Assembly (NCBI GenBank): GCA_964593065.1
Contig: CAZQGO010000004.1
Coordinates: 51,832-115,831 of the forward strand
DNA from: an uncultured bacterium
Lineage (GTDB): Bacteria; Oederibacteriota; JAAXVQ01
Length of the DNA stretch: 64,000 nt
Direction of reading: 5' to 3'
Positions within the stretch are counted from its first letter, which is position 1; each line of letters starts with the position of its first letter. A model generated the notes under the pieces. That model worked only from the letters and a program-made list of their open reading frames with translations. It was not told the origin of the DNA and did no database searches. The position numbers and the translations under genes are program-made. Shown piece by piece: positions 44,546-56,399 of the stretch.

Positions 44546-45052
44546 TTAAGCCTCCACCGGTTCCGCCGGGACCGCGGCATTGGCAGCCTTGGCCTCGGCT
44601 TCACGTGCGGCCGCCTCGGCGGCGGCCTCGAGCGCGGACCGGGTTTGCTCTTCTTCCAAGGCCTTCCGATCGGCTTCCTGGATTTGCAACAATTTCTCAC
44701 GCTGCAATTCCCGGATGCGCGAATGCTTGCCCGTCTTGGTCCGGAGATAATACAATTTGGCCCGGTGGACTTGTCCGCGCTTAACGATTTCCAATTTGGC
44801 GATCAAGGGAGAATGGAGGACGAACGTTCGTTCAACGCCGACTCCCGAGGCGATCCGGCGGACCTTGAAGGTCTCGCGGATGCCATCGCCCCGGCGGCCG
44901 ATGACCACGCCTTCGAAGACCTGAATTCGCTCTTTTTCGCCTTCCTTGATCGTCAAGTGCACCTTCACGACGTCGCCCGCCGAAAAAGTGGGAATACGCT
45001 TGGATTTAAAATAAGCTTTCTCAATGGATGCCAGTATTGCTCCCCGGTTCAT
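44546..45052 (-). CDS. rplS: 50S ribosomal protein L19 (with Ala/Glu-rich C-terminal extension)
   Basis: [33 protein letters not shown]…. ATG at 45052 overlaps the trmD stop; the track ORF upstream of this is spurious. Confidence 0.92.
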   Translation of the reverse strand: MNRGAILASIEKAYFKSKRIPTFSAGDVVKVHLTIKEGEKERIQVFEGVVIGRRGDGIRETFKVRRIASGVGVERTFVLHSPLIAKLEIVKRGQVHRAKLYYLRTKTGKHSRIRELQREKLLQIQEADRKALEEEQTRSALEAAAEAAAREAEAKAANAAVPAEPVEA

Positions 45053-45831
45053 TCCCCTTGCCTCCTGCTTTTCCTGCCACGCCGTCGCATCTGCGTTAGC
45101 TCTGGAAGGATATTCTTGCCGGTCGCCTGCGGACCCAGCCGCGCGAATAAATCCGGCCTTTTTTCCAAGGTACGACGCACCTGCTGCCCCCGCCGCCACG
45201 CCAGGACCTTGCCATGGTCGCCGGTCAGCAATTCCTTGGGTACGCTCCAACCGCGGTACCGCGGCGGACGCGTGTAGTGGGGATAATCCAAAAACCCCCG
45301 TGAAAACGAATCTTCCGCCGCCGAATCCGCGGCTCCCAAGACGCCCGGAACCAGTCTCACGGCGGCATCCACAACCACCGCAGCCGCAGGCTCGCCGCCC
45401 GACAGCACGAAATCCCCGATCGAGATCTCGCCGTCGCAGAGATGCTGGGCCACCCGCTCGTCCACGCCTTCGTATCGCCCGCAAATCAGCGTGAAACGTC
45501 CCACTCTGCTGAGCTGCCGGGCGAAATTTTGATCGAAGCGCCGCCCCGTAGGCGAGAGTAAATAAATTTTACCCGTGCCTCCGCTTCGTCGAACCGCGAG
45601 CAAGGCCCGGGCGATCGGTTCGATTTTCAAGACCATGCCCCGGCCGCCCCCGTAGGGTTTATCGTCGGCCGTGCGGTGGCGGTCCCGGGTGTAATCCCGA
45701 ATGTTGACCAGGTGCGGGCGGAAAAGACCCTTCTCCACGGCCCGCCGCAAAATGGAGTGGCCGAAGGCGGTCTCCAGGAGCTCCGGAAAAAGCGTCAGCA
45801 CGTTCACCGTCAACGGCCGGCGAGGCGTCAT
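45049..45831 (-). CDS. trmD: tRNA (guanine37-N1)-methyltransferase
   Basis: Conserved TrmD blocks …[10 protein letters not shown]…[12 protein letters not shown]…. Confidence 0.92.
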   Translation of the reverse strand: MTPRRPLTVNVLTLFPELLETAFGHSILRRAVEKGLFRPHLVNIRDYTRDRHRTADDKPYGGGRGMVLKIEPIARALLAVRRSGGTGKIYLLSPTGRRFDQNFARQLSRVGRFTLICGRYEGVDERVAQHLCDGEISIGDFVLSGGEPAAAVVVDAAVRLVPGVLGAADSAAEDSFSRGFLDYPHYTRPPRYRGWSVPKELLTGDHGKVLAWRRGQQVRRTLEKRPDLFARLGPQATGKNILPELTQMRRRGRKSRRQGE

Positions 45832-46355
45832 GCCTCCAACCCCTTCGGCAAGCGGACGCGCATCCGCCCCCGTTCCAGATCAACCTCTAAAACCACGGAC
45901 TTGACAGCCGGCAATAAAAGCTCCCCAGCCGGGCCTTGGACCGCGTAGATGTCGTTGGCGCCCGTCCGGTAAACCTCCGCGATTCTTCCGAGCGGCTGGC
46001 CGCTCTCGGTTTCGACCAGCAAGCCGACCACCTGGTCGATAAAATAGGAGCCGCGCGGCAACACCGGTCGTTCACGCGCCGGCAGGGCCAGATGGCCGTG
46101 GCTCAAAGCCCCGGCTTGTTCACGCGTGGCGAAGCCCGCAAATCTGACCAGATAATGGTCGCCACCCGAGCGCAGCTGATCCACCCGCAACCTCCGCCAG
46201 GCGCCTCGCGCTGCTCCCTGCCACCACATTTCCCGCAAACCTTCGAAGCGCCCGGGCACATCGCTGACGGAAAAGAGCCGCAACTCGCCGCGGATGCCGT
46301 GCGGTGCGCCCAACCTGCCGATCACCACCATCTCGTCGGTCGGTTCGGAAGGCAT
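45828..46355 (-). CDS. rimM: Ribosome maturation factor RimM
   Basis: …IGRLGAPHGIRGELRL… N-terminal motif and PRC barrel. Confidence 0.88.
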   Translation of the reverse strand: MPSEPTDEMVVIGRLGAPHGIRGELRLFSVSDVPGRFEGLREMWWQGAARGAWRRLRVDQLRSGGDHYLVRFAGFATREQAGALSHGHLALPARERPVLPRGSYFIDQVVGLLVETESGQPLGRIAEVYRTGANDIYAVQGPAGELLLPAVKSVVLEVDLERGRMRVRLPKGLEA

Positions 46356-46367
46356 GGGCCGTCCACA

Positions 46368-46598
46368 TCACTCCTGGACAACCAAGGTTACTTTGCTTTT
46401 CGCCTTGGCGGAGGCGGCGGCCAGCACGTTGCGGATCGCCTTGATGGTCCGGCCCTGGCGGCCGATGACCATACCCAGGTCTTCCTTGGCCACGGTCAAT
46501 TCAATCACCTGGCCGTTGTCTCCCTGGCGTTCCTCCACCCGGACCGCCTCGGGATGTTCGACCAAAGCCTTGGCGAGAAATTCGATCAGCGCCTTCAC
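46368..46598 (-). CDS. KH-domain RNA-binding protein (YlqC/UPF0109)
   Basis: …MVIGRQGRTIKAIR… GXXG loop; conserved position between rpsP and rimM. Confidence 0.8.
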   Translation of the reverse strand: MKALIEFLAKALVEHPEAVRVEERQGDNGQVIELTVAKEDLGMVIGRQGRTIKAIRNVLAAASAKAKSKVTLVVQE

Positions 46599-46600
46599 GA

Positions 46601-46870
46601 CTACCGACTCGCGGACGCCGGCTTCGCCCCCTTGGTCAGCAGGCCTTTCTGAATAAATAGGCGCTTCACGGAAGGCGAAGGCAGCGCTCCCTTGGCCAGC
46701 CAGGCGCTCGTCTTCGGTTCATCCAGATCCAACCAAGCGGGTTTGCGCAGGTTGTCATACACGCCCAATTGCTCGATGCAACCATGCGGCCGTCTTGAAT
46801 CCGTGACGACGATTCTCCAGAAAGGCTTGTGGGGGGCTCCCCGGCGAAGCATTTTAATGATGGTGGACAT
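46601..46870 (-). CDS. rpsP: 30S ribosomal protein S16
   Basis: …IKMLRRGAPHKPFWRIVVTDSRRP… N-terminus. Confidence 0.88.
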   Translation of the reverse strand: MSTIIKMLRRGAPHKPFWRIVVTDSRRPHGCIEQLGVYDNLRKPAWLDLDEPKTSAWLAKGALPSPSVKRLFIQKGLLTKGAKPASASR

Positions 46871-46924
46871 AACCCTCCGGCACGCTCCTCATCCGCGCGG
46901 TCCGCGCAAAATTGATGATTCGAA

Positions 46925-47000
46925 TGGAGCCGATGACCAGACTCGAACTGGTGACCCACGGTTTACGAAACCGTTGCTCTACCAACTGAGCTACATCGGC
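46925..47000 (-). tRNA. tRNA-Thr (anticodon CGU)
   Basis: Hand-folded cloverleaf: 7-bp acceptor GCCGATG/CATCGGC, D-arm GCTC…GAGC, anticodon stem ACGGT/ACCGT with loop TTCGTAA, T-arm ACCAG TTCGAGT CTGGT, encoded CCA. Confidence 0.85.
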
Positions 47001-47034
47001 AAGATGAACGGGATTTTAACCCGACAGAACCTCA

Positions 47035-47110
<76 letters not shown>

Positions 47111-47259
47111 GTAGGGTGGGCCGCCGGGAAACGCTAAGGATAAACGGGTTTTTCCGGAGTGCCCGAAAACCGCAACACGGGTTTTTCCCTCGAAAACGCC
47201 AAATAATATCAAAGTTCCAAGTGGGTGTCAACTCTTTCCTGTGTAATTCTCGGGAGGAA

Positions 47260-49920
47260 TTACTGATTGGCACCGTGACATTTTTTGTATTTTTTTCCGG
47301 AGCCGCAGGGGCAAGGATCATTCCGGCCGATTTTGGGCTGTTGGCGGCGGACGGGCTCCGTCCGCGCCGGGCCGCCGGTCGGCACCGCCTGGGTCATATC
47401 CCGTGGCCCCGAGGGAGGCATGCCCGGGAACACGCCTGCCGGCACGGCAGCGGGCTCGGGGGGGGCGGTGGAACTGGGCGCCACGAATTCCGGCCGCGAT
47501 TCCTGCCAGCGGGAGGGCGAACTGGAGCGGCGGCCAAACGGCTGGGACTGCTGGCTCACGGCCTGGACTTTCAGCAGAAACTGGATGACCTCCTGTTTGA
47601 TCCTCAGGATCATGGCCGCGAACATTTCAAACCCTTCGCGCTTGTATTCCAGCAGCGGGTCCCGTTGACCGTAAGCCCGCAGGCCGATGCCCTCCTTCAG
47701 TTTGTCCATGTCGTACAGGTGTTCCTTCCACCTCTGGTCCACGATCTGCAACAGCAGGCCCCGCTCCAGCTGGCGCATGATTTCCGGCCCCATGAGATTT
47801 TCCTGCCGGGCAAATCCCTCCAGCACCTGGCGCTGGAACTCCTCGGAAAGCTTGGCCCGGGTGAGACCCTGGATTTCCTCGGGGGTGTAGGCGAATTCCA
47901 CCTTATACTGGCGGCCCCAGGCCTTGAGGGTTTCCCAATCCCATTCCTCGGGATAGACTTTCTCCGGGGTTAATTCCGGCAGCGCATCCACCGCGACGCT
48001 CTCGACCATGCCCAGGATGTGTTCGTGCAGGTCTTCGCCTTCCAGGACGCGGGTGCGTTCCTCGTAAATCACGGTCCGCTGCTTGTTCATCACATCATCG
48101 TATTCGAGCAAGTGCTTGCGGATGTCGAAGTTGTGGCCTTCCACCGTGCGTTGGGCGCGCTCCAGGGCCTTGGTAATCCAGGGATGCTCAATCACTTCGC
48201 CCTCGCGCAAGCCCAGGCGCTGCATCAAGCCGCTGATCCGCTCGGATCCAAAGATCCGCATGAGGTCGTCTTCCAAGGAGACATAGAACCGCGAGGCGCC
48301 GGGGTCCCCCTGGCGGCCGCTGCGCCCGCGCAGCTGGTTGTCGATGCGCCGGCTTTCGTGGCGTTCGGTGCCAATGACGTGCAGTCCGCCCAAATCCCTG
48401 ACGCCCTCCCCCAGGACGATGTCCGTGCCGCGGCCCGCCATGTTGGTGGCAATGGTCACCGCGCCCTTTTGGCCCGCCTGGGCGATGATTTCAGCCTCGC
48501 GCTGGTGGTGCTTGGCGTTGAGCACCTGGTGGGGAACGCCCTGCCGTTTCAACAGCGCCGAGAGTTTTTCGTTTTTTTCGATGGACACCGTGCCGACCAG
48601 AAGCGGACGGCCGCGCTGGTGATTCTCCTTGATCTCCTGGGCCACGGCGTTGAATTTTTCGTTTTCGGTGCGGTAGATCTGATCCCCATAGTCCGTCCGG
48701 ATCATGGGGCGGTTGGTGGGCACCACGACGACATCCAGTTTGTAGATTTCGGCGAATTCCTCGGCTTCCGTATCCGCCGTCCCGGTCATGCCGGACAGTT
48801 TCTCATACAGGCGGAAATAGTTCTGGAAGGTGATGGTGGCCAGCGTCTGGTTCTCGCGCTGGATGCGCACGTTCTCCTTGGCCTCGAGCGCCTGGTGCAG
48901 CCCCTCGGAAAAGCGGCGTCCGGGCATGAGGCGGCCGGTGAACTCGTCGACGATAATGACCTGATTGTCGTTGACGACATAGTCCCGGTCGCGCTTGAAC
49001 AGGACATGGGCCTTGAGGGCCTGGTTGACATGATGCAGGATCTCCACGTTTTCGGGGTCGAACAGGTTGCCCAAGGCCAAAAGTTTTTCCGCGCGGGACA
49101 CTCCTTCTTCGCTGAGCACCACGGTGCGGCTCTTTTCATCCACCGTGAAATCCGTGGCCGCGTTCAGGCGCGGGATGATTTTATCAATGCGGTAATACTT
49201 GTCGGTGGAATCTTCCGCCGGTCCGGAGATGATCAGAGGGGTGCGCGCCTCGTCGATCAATATGGAGTCCACCTCGTCCACGATGGCGTAATGGAGCTTG
49301 CGCTGCACGCGTTCGTCCGGATGCACGGCCATGTTGTCCCGCAGGTAATCGAACCCGAACTCGTTGTTGGTCCCGTAGGTGACGTCACAGGCATAGGCGG
49401 CCGAACGTTCGGCCGAATTCAGGCCGTGCTTGATGCAGCCCACGGTCAGGCCGAGGAAACGGTAGATTTCCCCCATGCCCCGGAAATTTCCGATTCCCAA
49501 TGAATCGCGTTCCGCCAGATAATCGTTGACGGTGATGACGTGCACGCCTTTGCCGGTCAGGGCATTGAAATACACCGGCAGGGTGGCCACGAGCGTCTTG
49601 CCTTCCCCGGTTTTCATTTCCGCGATCTTGCCCTGATGGAGGACGAGGCCTCCCATCAGTTGCACGTCAAAATGGCGGAGGCCCAGGGTCCGCACGGATG
49701 CCTCCCGCACGACGGCGAAGGCTTCGGGCAGCAGCTCGTCCAAGGAAGCCCCCTGCCGGAGACGCTCCCTGAATTCGTCGGTCTTGGCCCGCAACTGTTC
49801 ATCCGACAGGGATTTCAAGGACGGTTCCAGGGCGTTGATTTGCTCCACCACCGGCAGCATCTTCTTGACGTCCCGGTCGGACTTGGTGCCGAATATTTTG
49901 GTCAAAATCGAATTGCTCAT
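47260..49920 (-). CDS. secA: Preprotein translocase ATPase SecA (with C-terminal zinc finger [14 protein letters not shown])
   Basis: 886 aa with full DEAD motor, PPXD and HWD/HSD blocks. Confidence 0.95.
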   Translation of the reverse strand: MSNSILTKIFGTKSDRDVKKMLPVVEQINALEPSLKSLSDEQLRAKTDEFRERLRQGASLDELLPEAFAVVREASVRTLGLRHFDVQLMGGLVLHQGKIAEMKTGEGKTLVATLPVYFNALTGKGVHVITVNDYLAERDSLGIGNFRGMGEIYRFLGLTVGCIKHGLNSAERSAAYACDVTYGTNNEFGFDYLRDNMAVHPDERVQRKLHYAIVDEVDSILIDEARTPLIISGPAEDSTDKYYRIDKIIPRLNAATDFTVDEKSRTVVLSEEGVSRAEKLLALGNLFDPENVEILHHVNQALKAHVLFKRDRDYVVNDNQVIIVDEFTGRLMPGRRFSEGLHQALEAKENVRIQRENQTLATITFQNYFRLYEKLSGMTGTADTEAEEFAEIYKLDVVVVPTNRPMIRTDYGDQIYRTENEKFNAVAQEIKENHQRGRPLLVGTVSIEKNEKLSALLKRQGVPHQVLNAKHHQREAEIIAQAGQKGAVTIATNMAGRGTDIVLGEGVRDLGGLHVIGTERHESRRIDNQLRGRSGRQGDPGASRFYVSLEDDLMRIFGSERISGLMQRLGLREGEVIEHPWITKALERAQRTVEGHNFDIRKHLLEYDDVMNKQRTVIYEERTRVLEGEDLHEHILGMVESVAVDALPELTPEKVYPEEWDWETLKAWGRQYKVEFAYTPEEIQGLTRAKLSEEFQRQVLEGFARQENLMGPEIMRQLERGLLLQIVDQRWKEHLYDMDKLKEGIGLRAYGQRDPLLEYKREGFEMFAAMILRIKQEVIQFLLKVQAVSQQSQPFGRRSSSPSRWQESRPEFVAPSSTAPPEPAAVPAGVFPGMPPSGPRDMTQAVPTGGPARTEPVRRQQPKIGRNDPCPCGSGKKYKKCHGANQ

Positions 49921-49954
49921 GGACGCTCCTTCAGGTTGGCACGCGCGACGCGTA

Positions 49955-51163
49955 TCATGCGCCCGTGTCGTCCTTCCCCTCGGCCAGGGCCCGGGTCATG
50001 CGTTCCAGTCCCGCCTGAAGCTGGCCGAGGGAGGCGGCATAGGAAATACGAAGAAAATCCTCCGCGCCGAAGGCCGACCCGGGCACGACCGCGACCCGCG
50101 CGGCCTCCAGCAGGTAGTCCGCCAGCTGCAGCGTCGTGGAGACCCGCTGTCCCCGATAGACCTTGCCCAGCAAGCCATAGACATTGGGGAATACGTAGAA
50201 GGCCCCCTCGGGCTTGCGGCAGGTGACGCCCGGAATGGCATGGAGGCGATCGACCACGAAATCCCGGCGTTCCGCAAAGGACCGCACCATTTCCGGCAGC
50301 TCCAGGGCCGGTTGCGTAAGCGCCGCCAAAGCGGCTTTCATGGCGATGCTGGTCGGATTGCTGGTGGAGTGGCTTTGCAGTTTGCCCATCGCGGAGATGA
50401 CTTCCGCCGGACCAGCGGTATACCCGATGCGCCAACCGGTCATGGCGAAGGACTTGGACACGCCGTTGACGACGGCCGCATTTTCGCGGCTTTCCGGAAA
50501 CGCCTTCAACGCCGAGGTCTGTTGGACCCCGTCATAGACCAGGTGTTCGTAGATTTCGTCGGAAATCACGAACTGTTTCTTGGACGTGGCCACTTCCATG
50601 AGGTCCCGCAACTCCGTTTCCGTGTAGACCGTTCCGGTCGGATTGGAAGGCGAATTTAAAATGAGGACCTTGGTTTTGGCCTTGATTCGGCGGCGGAGGA
50701 TGGCCGGGCTGAGTTTGAAGCCCGCCCGCTCCGCGGTTTTCAGGATGACGGGTTTTCCTCCGGCAAGTTTGACTGCTTCCGGATAGGTAACCCAATACGG
50801 CGCGGGGATCAGCACTTCATCGCCGGGATTGATGAGCACCTGCAGAAGATTATAGATGGAGTGTTTGGCGCCGCAGTTGATGATGACCTCCTTGGAGGTA
50901 TAATCCAGTCCGTTCTCACGGCGCAATTTCTCGCAAACCGCCTCCTTCAGTTCCGCCGAACCCGAGGCAGGGGTGTATTTCGTGTACCCCGCCTGGATGG
51001 CGGCAATGGCCGCCTCCTTGATGTATCCCGGGGTATCGAAATCCGGTTCACCGGCCCCGAAATTGATGATATCCTGCCCTGCCGCCCGCAATTGCTTGGC
51101 TTTGGCATCGATCGCCAGCGTTGGCGAAGCGGATACCTGCCTGATCCGGCGTGATAATTGCAT
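49955..51163 (-). CDS. Aspartate/aromatic aminotransferase (class I PLP-dependent)
   Basis: …NPTG…[13 protein letters not shown]… PLP-lysine region. Confidence 0.88.
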   Translation of the reverse strand: MQLSRRIRQVSASPTLAIDAKAKQLRAAGQDIINFGAGEPDFDTPGYIKEAAIAAIQAGYTKYTPASGSAELKEAVCEKLRRENGLDYTSKEVIINCGAKHSIYNLLQVLINPGDEVLIPAPYWVTYPEAVKLAGGKPVILKTAERAGFKLSPAILRRRIKAKTKVLILNSPSNPTGTVYTETELRDLMEVATSKKQFVISDEIYEHLVYDGVQQTSALKAFPESRENAAVVNGVSKSFAMTGWRIGYTAGPAEVISAMGKLQSHSTSNPTSIAMKAALAALTQPALELPEMVRSFAERRDFVVDRLHAIPGVTCRKPEGAFYVFPNVYGLLGKVYRGQRVSTTLQLADYLLEAARVAVVPGSAFGAEDFLRISYAASLGQLQAGLERMTRALAEGKDDTGA

Positions 51164-51300
51164 GCGGTCTCCCCCTCTCAGCGGTTCGGGTACATCCCTT
51201 CCAAACTAAACCGGGATACTAGCATAATCAACCGCACAAGTAAAGCCTGCAGGGGAGCCGGAAAAACGGGGCGGGGAGAGTGAATCCGGGGCGGCGCGTT

Positions 51301-52248
51301 TCAGCCGCGAGCGGAGAATTCCGAGAGATAGCGGTCCGCCATCATGGCCGCGGCGGCGCCTTCCCCGGCCGCCACCACGATTTGCTTCAGCACATTGGCA
51401 CGACAATCGCCGGCGGCGAAAACGCCGGGCTGGCTGGCCGCAAAATTCGGCTGGGTTAGAATGTACCCGTCGGGATCGGTGTCCAGCAGGCCCCGGACGA
51501 ATTCCGTCTGCGGGGTTAAACCCACGAAGATGAACACGCCGCGCACCGGAAGCTCGCGGCAGGCGCCTCCGCCGCGGGGTTCCAGCCGCAGGCTCTGGAC
51601 CGCCGAATCCCCCCGGATTTCCCGGGGTACATAGGGCGTCAGGACCTCGATTTTGGGATGCCGCAGAACTTGCTGCTGGATGACGTGGTCCGCCCGGAAC
51701 TGCTCGCGTCGGTGCACCAGGTATATTTTTGAGGCGAAACGGGTCAAAAACTCCGCTTCCTCCAAGGCCGTGTTTCCGCCCCCGATCACCGCCACCGGCA
51801 TGTCCCGGAAAAACGCCCCGTCGCAGGTCGCGCAATACGACACCCCGCGTCCATGATAGGTATCTTCCCCGGGGATGTGCAACCGCCTCGGCTTCGCTCC
51901 CGTGGCCAGAATCAGGGCCCGGGCCTGAAGGTCGCCGTCCGGCGTCACCAAGCGGTGGAGAACTCCGGGGATCCAGGCCGTAACCTGCCGGGTGAGGATG
52001 GGAAGGTCGTGTTCCCGCGTTTGTTCCACCATGCGCAGCATCAACTCGGCGCCGTTGACGCGGGGCAGGCCCGGATAATTATCCACCCGCCAGGTGGTCA
52101 TGGCCTGTCCCCCCGGAGCCGTTTGTTCCAGCAGCACAGTGCTCCGTCCCGCGCGGGCGGCGTACAAACCCGCCGTCAATCCGGCGGGGCCTCCGCCCAC
52201 GATGGCCACCTCGAAACTCAAAGCTTCTCCGGCCTGCTCCGCCGTCAC
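51301..52248 (-). CDS. trxB: Thioredoxin-disulfide reductase
   Basis: GGGPAGLTA, CATCDG and GGGNTALEEA motifs. Start set to GTG at 52248, overlapping the trxA stop (GTGA); the track's ATG at 52311 would add 21 aa inside trxA. Confidence 0.85.
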   Translation of the reverse strand: MTAEQAGEALSFEVAIVGGGPAGLTAGLYAARAGRSTVLLEQTAPGGQAMTTWRVDNYPGLPRVNGAELMLRMVEQTREHDLPILTRQVTAWIPGVLHRLVTPDGDLQARALILATGAKPRRLHIPGEDTYHGRGVSYCATCDGAFFRDMPVAVIGGGNTALEEAEFLTRFASKIYLVHRREQFRADHVIQQQVLRHPKIEVLTPYVPREIRGDSAVQSLRLEPRGGGACRELPVRGVFIFVGLTPQTEFVRGLLDTDPDGYILTQPNFAASQPGVFAAGDCRANVLKQIVVAAGEGAAAAMMADRYLSEFSARG

Positions 52249-52583
52249 GGCCTGGTGTCCGCTTCCCGCAGAATTTTTTCCGCGGATTCCGCCAGTTGGG
52301 TTCTGCTGCACACGCCCACGATCTGGTCCACCAGTTGTCCTTGTTTGAAAAAAAGCAGCGAGGGGATGGAACGGATGGCGAAGCGGCTGGCGGTACTATG
52401 GTTGTCGTCGACGTCGAGTTTGACCACTTTCAGGCGGCCGGCATACGTCCGGGCCAGGTCCTCCACCGCGGGCGCAAGCATCCGGCAGGGCCCGCACCAG
52501 GCAGCCCAAAAATCCACCACCACGGGAATGCGGCTTTTCAGGACTTCCGCTTCAAAAGATTGGTCGTTGACTTCCGGCAGCAT
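52245..52583 (-). CDS. trxA: Thioredoxin
   Basis: WCGPC active site. Internal ATG 52583 (MLPEVNDQSF…) gives a canonical 112-aa Trx. Confidence 0.85.
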   Translation of the reverse strand: MLPEVNDQSFEAEVLKSRIPVVVDFWAAWCGPCRMLAPAVEDLARTYAGRLKVVKLDVDDNHSTASRFAIRSIPSLLFFKQGQLVDQIVGVCSRTQLAESAEKILREADTRP

Positions 52584-52803
52584 CTCCAAAACCACCTTTC
52601 CAGCCTCCTCCGGCGCCGGCCCGGGGCCGGCGGGCGGGAAGGCCTGACCCGTATTAGGGCATCCAGATCCGCAACAGCACGTATCCGACCGCAAGCAGGC
52701 CGTAGGTGAGGCCTGCGATGCGCAACTGGCAGCGCCAGGAACAGGACGGCTCCTCGGTCCGGGGAGCCGGTGGGGGCAGGGGCGTTTTTCTCGGCATGGA
52801 AGT

Positions 52804-54027
52804 TCAGGTCAAATTCGAAAGCTTGAATTTTTCATGGATGGCCCGAACGGCCTCTTCCACCAGGCTTTCGGCCACGATGCAGGAGATCTTGATCTCCGAG
52901 GTGGAGATCATCTGGATGTTGATGCCTTTTTCCGCCAGGGCCTCAAACATGGCCGCGGCCACACCGGAATGCGTGCGCATGCCGACGCCGATCACGCTGA
53001 CCTTGCCGACCTTGTCATCGGCCTGGAAGCCCTTCGCCCCCACTTCCTGCACGATTTTTTCCACCACGGTCTTGGCCCGGGGCAGGTCCGCCTCCGAGAC
53101 CGTGAAAGAAATATTGGTCGTGCCTTCCTCCGAGATGTCCTGGACGATCACGTCAATGTTAATGTTCTCGACGGCCAGCCGCCCGAAAATCTTGGCCGCG
53201 ACGCCGGGGCGGTCCGGAACCCATAGGATCGTTAATTTCGCTTCCTGCTTGGTATAGGTCACGCCCGAAACGACGACGCCTTCCATATGTTTGACCTCCT
53301 CCATGATCAGCGTTCCCTGGTCGGGCTTGGTGCTGGAACGCACGTGCAGGATAATCTGGTTTTTTTTGGCGAATTCCACCGAGCGGTTGAATAAAACCTG
53401 GGCGCCGAGACTGGCCATCTCCAGCATTTCATCGTAGGAAACGGAACGCAGTTTGGAGGCCGTGGGCACGATGCGCGGGTCCGCCGTGTACACGCCGTCC
53501 ACGTCTTTGTAAAACTCGCATACTTTTGCCGCCAGGGCCGATGCCAGGGCCACGGCCGTCAGGTCCGAGCCCCCGCGGCCCAGGGTCGTGATTTCCTCCT
53601 CTTCGGTCTCGCCCTGGAACCCGGCGACGATGACCACTTTCTCAAGCCGCAGGGCCTTCTGAATCTTCTCCCCGCCCATCTTGACGATGCGCGCCCGCGT
53701 GTGGGCATCGCTGGTCACGATTCCCACCTGCGGCCCCGTGAAGGAAATGGCGTCGCAGCCGAGGGATTTCAGGGCGATGGCCATCAAGGCGATCGACTGC
53801 TGCTCGCCCGTGGCCAGCAACATGTCCAGTTCCCGCTCGTCCGGAGATTCGGCGATGGCCTTGGCCTTGGCGAGCAATTCGTCCGTCATATCCCCCGGGG
53901 CGGACACAACCACCACGACGTCATGGCCCTTGTGTTTGGTTTCAACAATGCGGTGCGCGACCGCCTTCATTAATTCGGGGGTGGCCAGAGTGGCGCCCCC
54001 GAATTTCATGACAATGAGGTCTCCCAC
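52804..54027 (-). CDS. lysC: Aspartate kinase
   Basis: [13 protein letters not shown]… N-terminus and C-terminal ACT domains. GTG start at 54027 with a GGAGG SD. Confidence 0.9.
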   Translation of the reverse strand: MGDLIVMKFGGATLATPELMKAVAHRIVETKHKGHDVVVVVSAPGDMTDELLAKAKAIAESPDERELDMLLATGEQQSIALMAIALKSLGCDAISFTGPQVGIVTSDAHTRARIVKMGGEKIQKALRLEKVVIVAGFQGETEEEEITTLGRGGSDLTAVALASALAAKVCEFYKDVDGVYTADPRIVPTASKLRSVSYDEMLEMASLGAQVLFNRSVEFAKKNQIILHVRSSTKPDQGTLIMEEVKHMEGVVVSGVTYTKQEAKLTILWVPDRPGVAAKIFGRLAVENINIDVIVQDISEEGTTNISFTVSEADLPRAKTVVEKIVQEVGAKGFQADDKVGKVSVIGVGMRTHSGVAAAMFEALAEKGINIQMISTSEIKISCIVAESLVEEAVRAIHEKFKLSNLT

Positions 54028-54063
54028 CTGTTCAGCCTCCGTTCGCCCTGCCGGGATTGCGGC

Positions 54064-55299
54064 TCATGGGTGCGCCGGCGGGCCGCCCGGGCCGGCGGCC
54101 TCATCCTCCGGCGTCCTGCCGAGAATCAGGTAATCCATCAGCCGCCAGCCCGCCTCCACGTGGTAGCCGCGCGCCTTCGCTTCGGCTTCACTGTAGGCCG
54201 CCGCGCCGTTGGCCCGGCCGCCGGGCTGGTAGAGAATGAAGGGCACCGGTTCGTCCGCGTGCGTGCGCATATCCAGCGGCGTGGGATGATCGGGCAGCAC
54301 CAGGATGCGGAAATCCTCCCGGCCTTGCAGGCCCTGAAGGATCGTTCCCACCACCAGACGGTCGAAGTCCTCGATGGCGCGGACTTTCCCGGCGACGTCG
54401 CCGTTATGTCCCGCCTCGTCCGGCGCCTCCACGTGCACGAAGACAAAATCCTGTTTCTTCAGGGATTTCAGGGCCGCTTCGGCTTTGCCCACGTAGTTGG
54501 TATCCAGGTATCCCGTCGCGCCCGGAACCTGGATGACCTGCAGTCCGGCGTAAATGCCGATCCCCTTGACCAAATCCACCGCCGAGATGACGGCCCCGCC
54601 GAGTCGATACCGGTCCGCGAACGTCGGCATGCTGGGTTTTTTCCCCTGGCCCCACAGCCAGATCATGTTGGCGGGGGGCTTGCCTTCCCGGCGGCGCTCG
54701 CGGTTCACTTCGTGACCCTCCAGGAGGAATTTCGAGTCCTCCATGAGCCGAATGATTTCCTTGTGGCGCGGTCCCTGGGGCATGCTCCCGGCGATCTCCC
54801 GCCCGCTGATGTCGTGGGGCGGCGTGCAGCGGGCGTCCAAGGGACCGCTCCTCCACACCACCAGATGCCGGTAGCTCGTCCCCAGGTAAAATGAGACCTT
54901 TTTGTCCCCGAGCTTTTGTCCCAGGAGCTTGATCAGGGGTTTGGCCTCTTCCGTGGTGATATGCCCGCTGGAATAATCGGACATTTTGCCATCGAGAATG
55001 GTGACCAAATTGGCGCGGAAGGCAACATCGCTGGGAGCGAGTTCCACGCCGATATTCGCGGCTTCCAGGGGTGCGCGCCCGGAATAATAGCGCGTGGGAT
55101 CATAGCCCAAGACGCTCAAATTGGCCACATCCGAACCAAGTGGAAAACCCGGCAACAGGGTGTGGGCGGTTCCCAGAATCCCATGAGCGGCCAGAAAATC
55201 GAGGTTCGGCGTCGATGCCGCCTGCAGGGGTGTGCGGTCGCCCAGGGCGGGGTGAGGATGATCGGCCATGCCGTCCCCGACGAGCAGGATGAATTTCAT
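54064..55299 (-). CDS. apgM: 2,3-bisphosphoglycerate-independent phosphoglycerate mutase, archaeal-type (ApgM)
   Basis: MKFILLVGDGMADHP… plus metalloenzyme blocks. ATG at 55299, 2 nt after the thrC stop. Confidence 0.85.
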   Translation of the reverse strand: MKFILLVGDGMADHPHPALGDRTPLQAASTPNLDFLAAHGILGTAHTLLPGFPLGSDVANLSVLGYDPTRYYSGRAPLEAANIGVELAPSDVAFRANLVTILDGKMSDYSSGHITTEEAKPLIKLLGQKLGDKKVSFYLGTSYRHLVVWRSGPLDARCTPPHDISGREIAGSMPQGPRHKEIIRLMEDSKFLLEGHEVNRERRREGKPPANMIWLWGQGKKPSMPTFADRYRLGGAVISAVDLVKGIGIYAGLQVIQVPGATGYLDTNYVGKAEAALKSLKKQDFVFVHVEAPDEAGHNGDVAGKVRAIEDFDRLVVGTILQGLQGREDFRILVLPDHPTPLDMRTHADEPVPFILYQPGGRANGAAAYSEAEAKARGYHVEAGWRLMDYLILGRTPEDEAAGPGGPPAHP

Positions 55300-55301
55300 G
55301 G

Positions 55302-56399
55302 TCAAGGCCTCGATGATCTTTTTTTCGTTAATCCCATGGCCTTGAGGACCGACTGCATTTGCGCCTTGCAGGTCTTGGGCGCAACGGTCTCGGCAACGGC
55401 GCGGTCCGGGTCCTTCAAGCCATGGCCGGTCAGGATGCATACGGCCGTGCCGGCCGTATCGCCGGATCTCCGACGGAAGAATCCGGCGCGCGCCATTTTC
55501 ATGAAACCCGCGACCGAGGCTGCGGATGCGGGCTCGCAAAAGACGCCTTCCACGGCGGCCAGGTGTTGATAGGCGGCCAGAATCTGGGCGTCGGTCACCT
55601 TGCCGATCACACCCCCGGATTCGTCGCGCGCGGCCACGGCCTGCCGCCAGGAGGCCGGATTTCCGATTTTGATCGCGGTGGCGATGGTTTTGGGGTTCCG
55701 GATCGGGTGCCCGCTGACAATGGGTGCGGCCAGGGCAGCTTGCCAGCCCATCATTTTCGGAAGCCCTGAAATTTTTCCGCGCTGCCGATATTCCCGGTAC
55801 CCCTTCCAGTAGGCCGTGATATTGCCCGCGTTCCCCACCGGAATGAAATGAAAATCCGGCTGCACTCCGCCCAACTGTTCCACGATTTCGAAAGCGCCTG
55901 TTTTCTGGCCTTCAATTCTATATGGATTTAATGAATTAACGAGAGTTATGTTGTGTTTTTGAGATATTACTTTAACAAGCTCCAAGGCTTGATCGAAGTT
56001 GCCTTCAATGGCGATGATTCTGGCTCCATGGACCATGGCTTGCGCCAGTTTGCCCATGGCGATGGCTCCCTTGGGCAGGATGACATAGCAGGCGATCCCG
56101 GCGCGGGCGGCGTAAGCCGCGGCCGAGGCGGAAGTATTTCCAGTCGAGGCGCAGATGACCGCTTTCGCGCCCGCCTCCTTGGCCTTGGAAATCGCCAACG
56201 TCATGCCTCGGTCCTTGAAAGAACCGGTCGGATTGGCGCCCTCGTACTTCAGATAGACCCGCAGGTCCGTGCCCGTCATTTTTCCCAGAGAAACGGAGGG
56301 AAGCAAGGGAGTATCCCCTTCCTGCAAGGATACCACCGGCGTTTTCGCGGTGACGGGCAGAAATTCCCGGTATTTTTCAATCAGGCCTTGTTTAAGCAT
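55302..56399 (-). CDS. thrC: Threonine synthase
   Basis: PLP site …[10 protein letters not shown]…. Confidence 0.92.
   Translation of the reverse strand: MLKQGLIEKYREFLPVTAKTPVVSLQEGDTPLLPSVSLGKMTGTDLRVYLKYEGANPTGSFKDRGMTLAISKAKEAGAKAVICASTGNTSASAAAYAARAGIACYVILPKGAIAMGKLAQAMVHGARIIAIEGNFDQALELVKVISQKHNITLVNSLNPYRIEGQKTGAFEIVEQLGGVQPDFHFIPVGNAGNITAYWKGYREYRQRGKISGLPKMMGWQAALAAPIVSGHPIRNPKTIATAIKIGNPASWRQAVAARDESGGVIGKVTDAQILAAYQHLAAVEGVFCEPASAASVAGFMKMARAGFFRRRSGDTAGTAVCILTGHGLKDPDRAVAETVAPKTCKAQMQSVLKAMGLTKKRSSRP

Noticed and set aside
44451-45484. 312-aa ORF covering rplS plus 144 upstream codons (Arg/Gly/Cys-rich)
   Set aside because: Only the C-terminal 168 aa match L19. The internal ATG at 45052 has an RBS and overlaps the trmD stop as in the canonical rpsP-rimM-trmD-rplS operon.
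47111-47259. Twofold ACGGGTTTTTCC motif between secA and tRNA-Phe; considered tRNA promoter or terminator hairpins
   Set aside because: Could not derive a convincing -35/-10 pair or a stem plus U-run. Left unannotated.
54028-54063. Looked for lysine/SAM/threonine riboswitch or attenuator upstream of lysC and hom
   Set aside because: Leaders are only about 36 nt (lysC) and about 35 nt after the promoter (hom), which is too short. No conserved riboswitch cores recognised.
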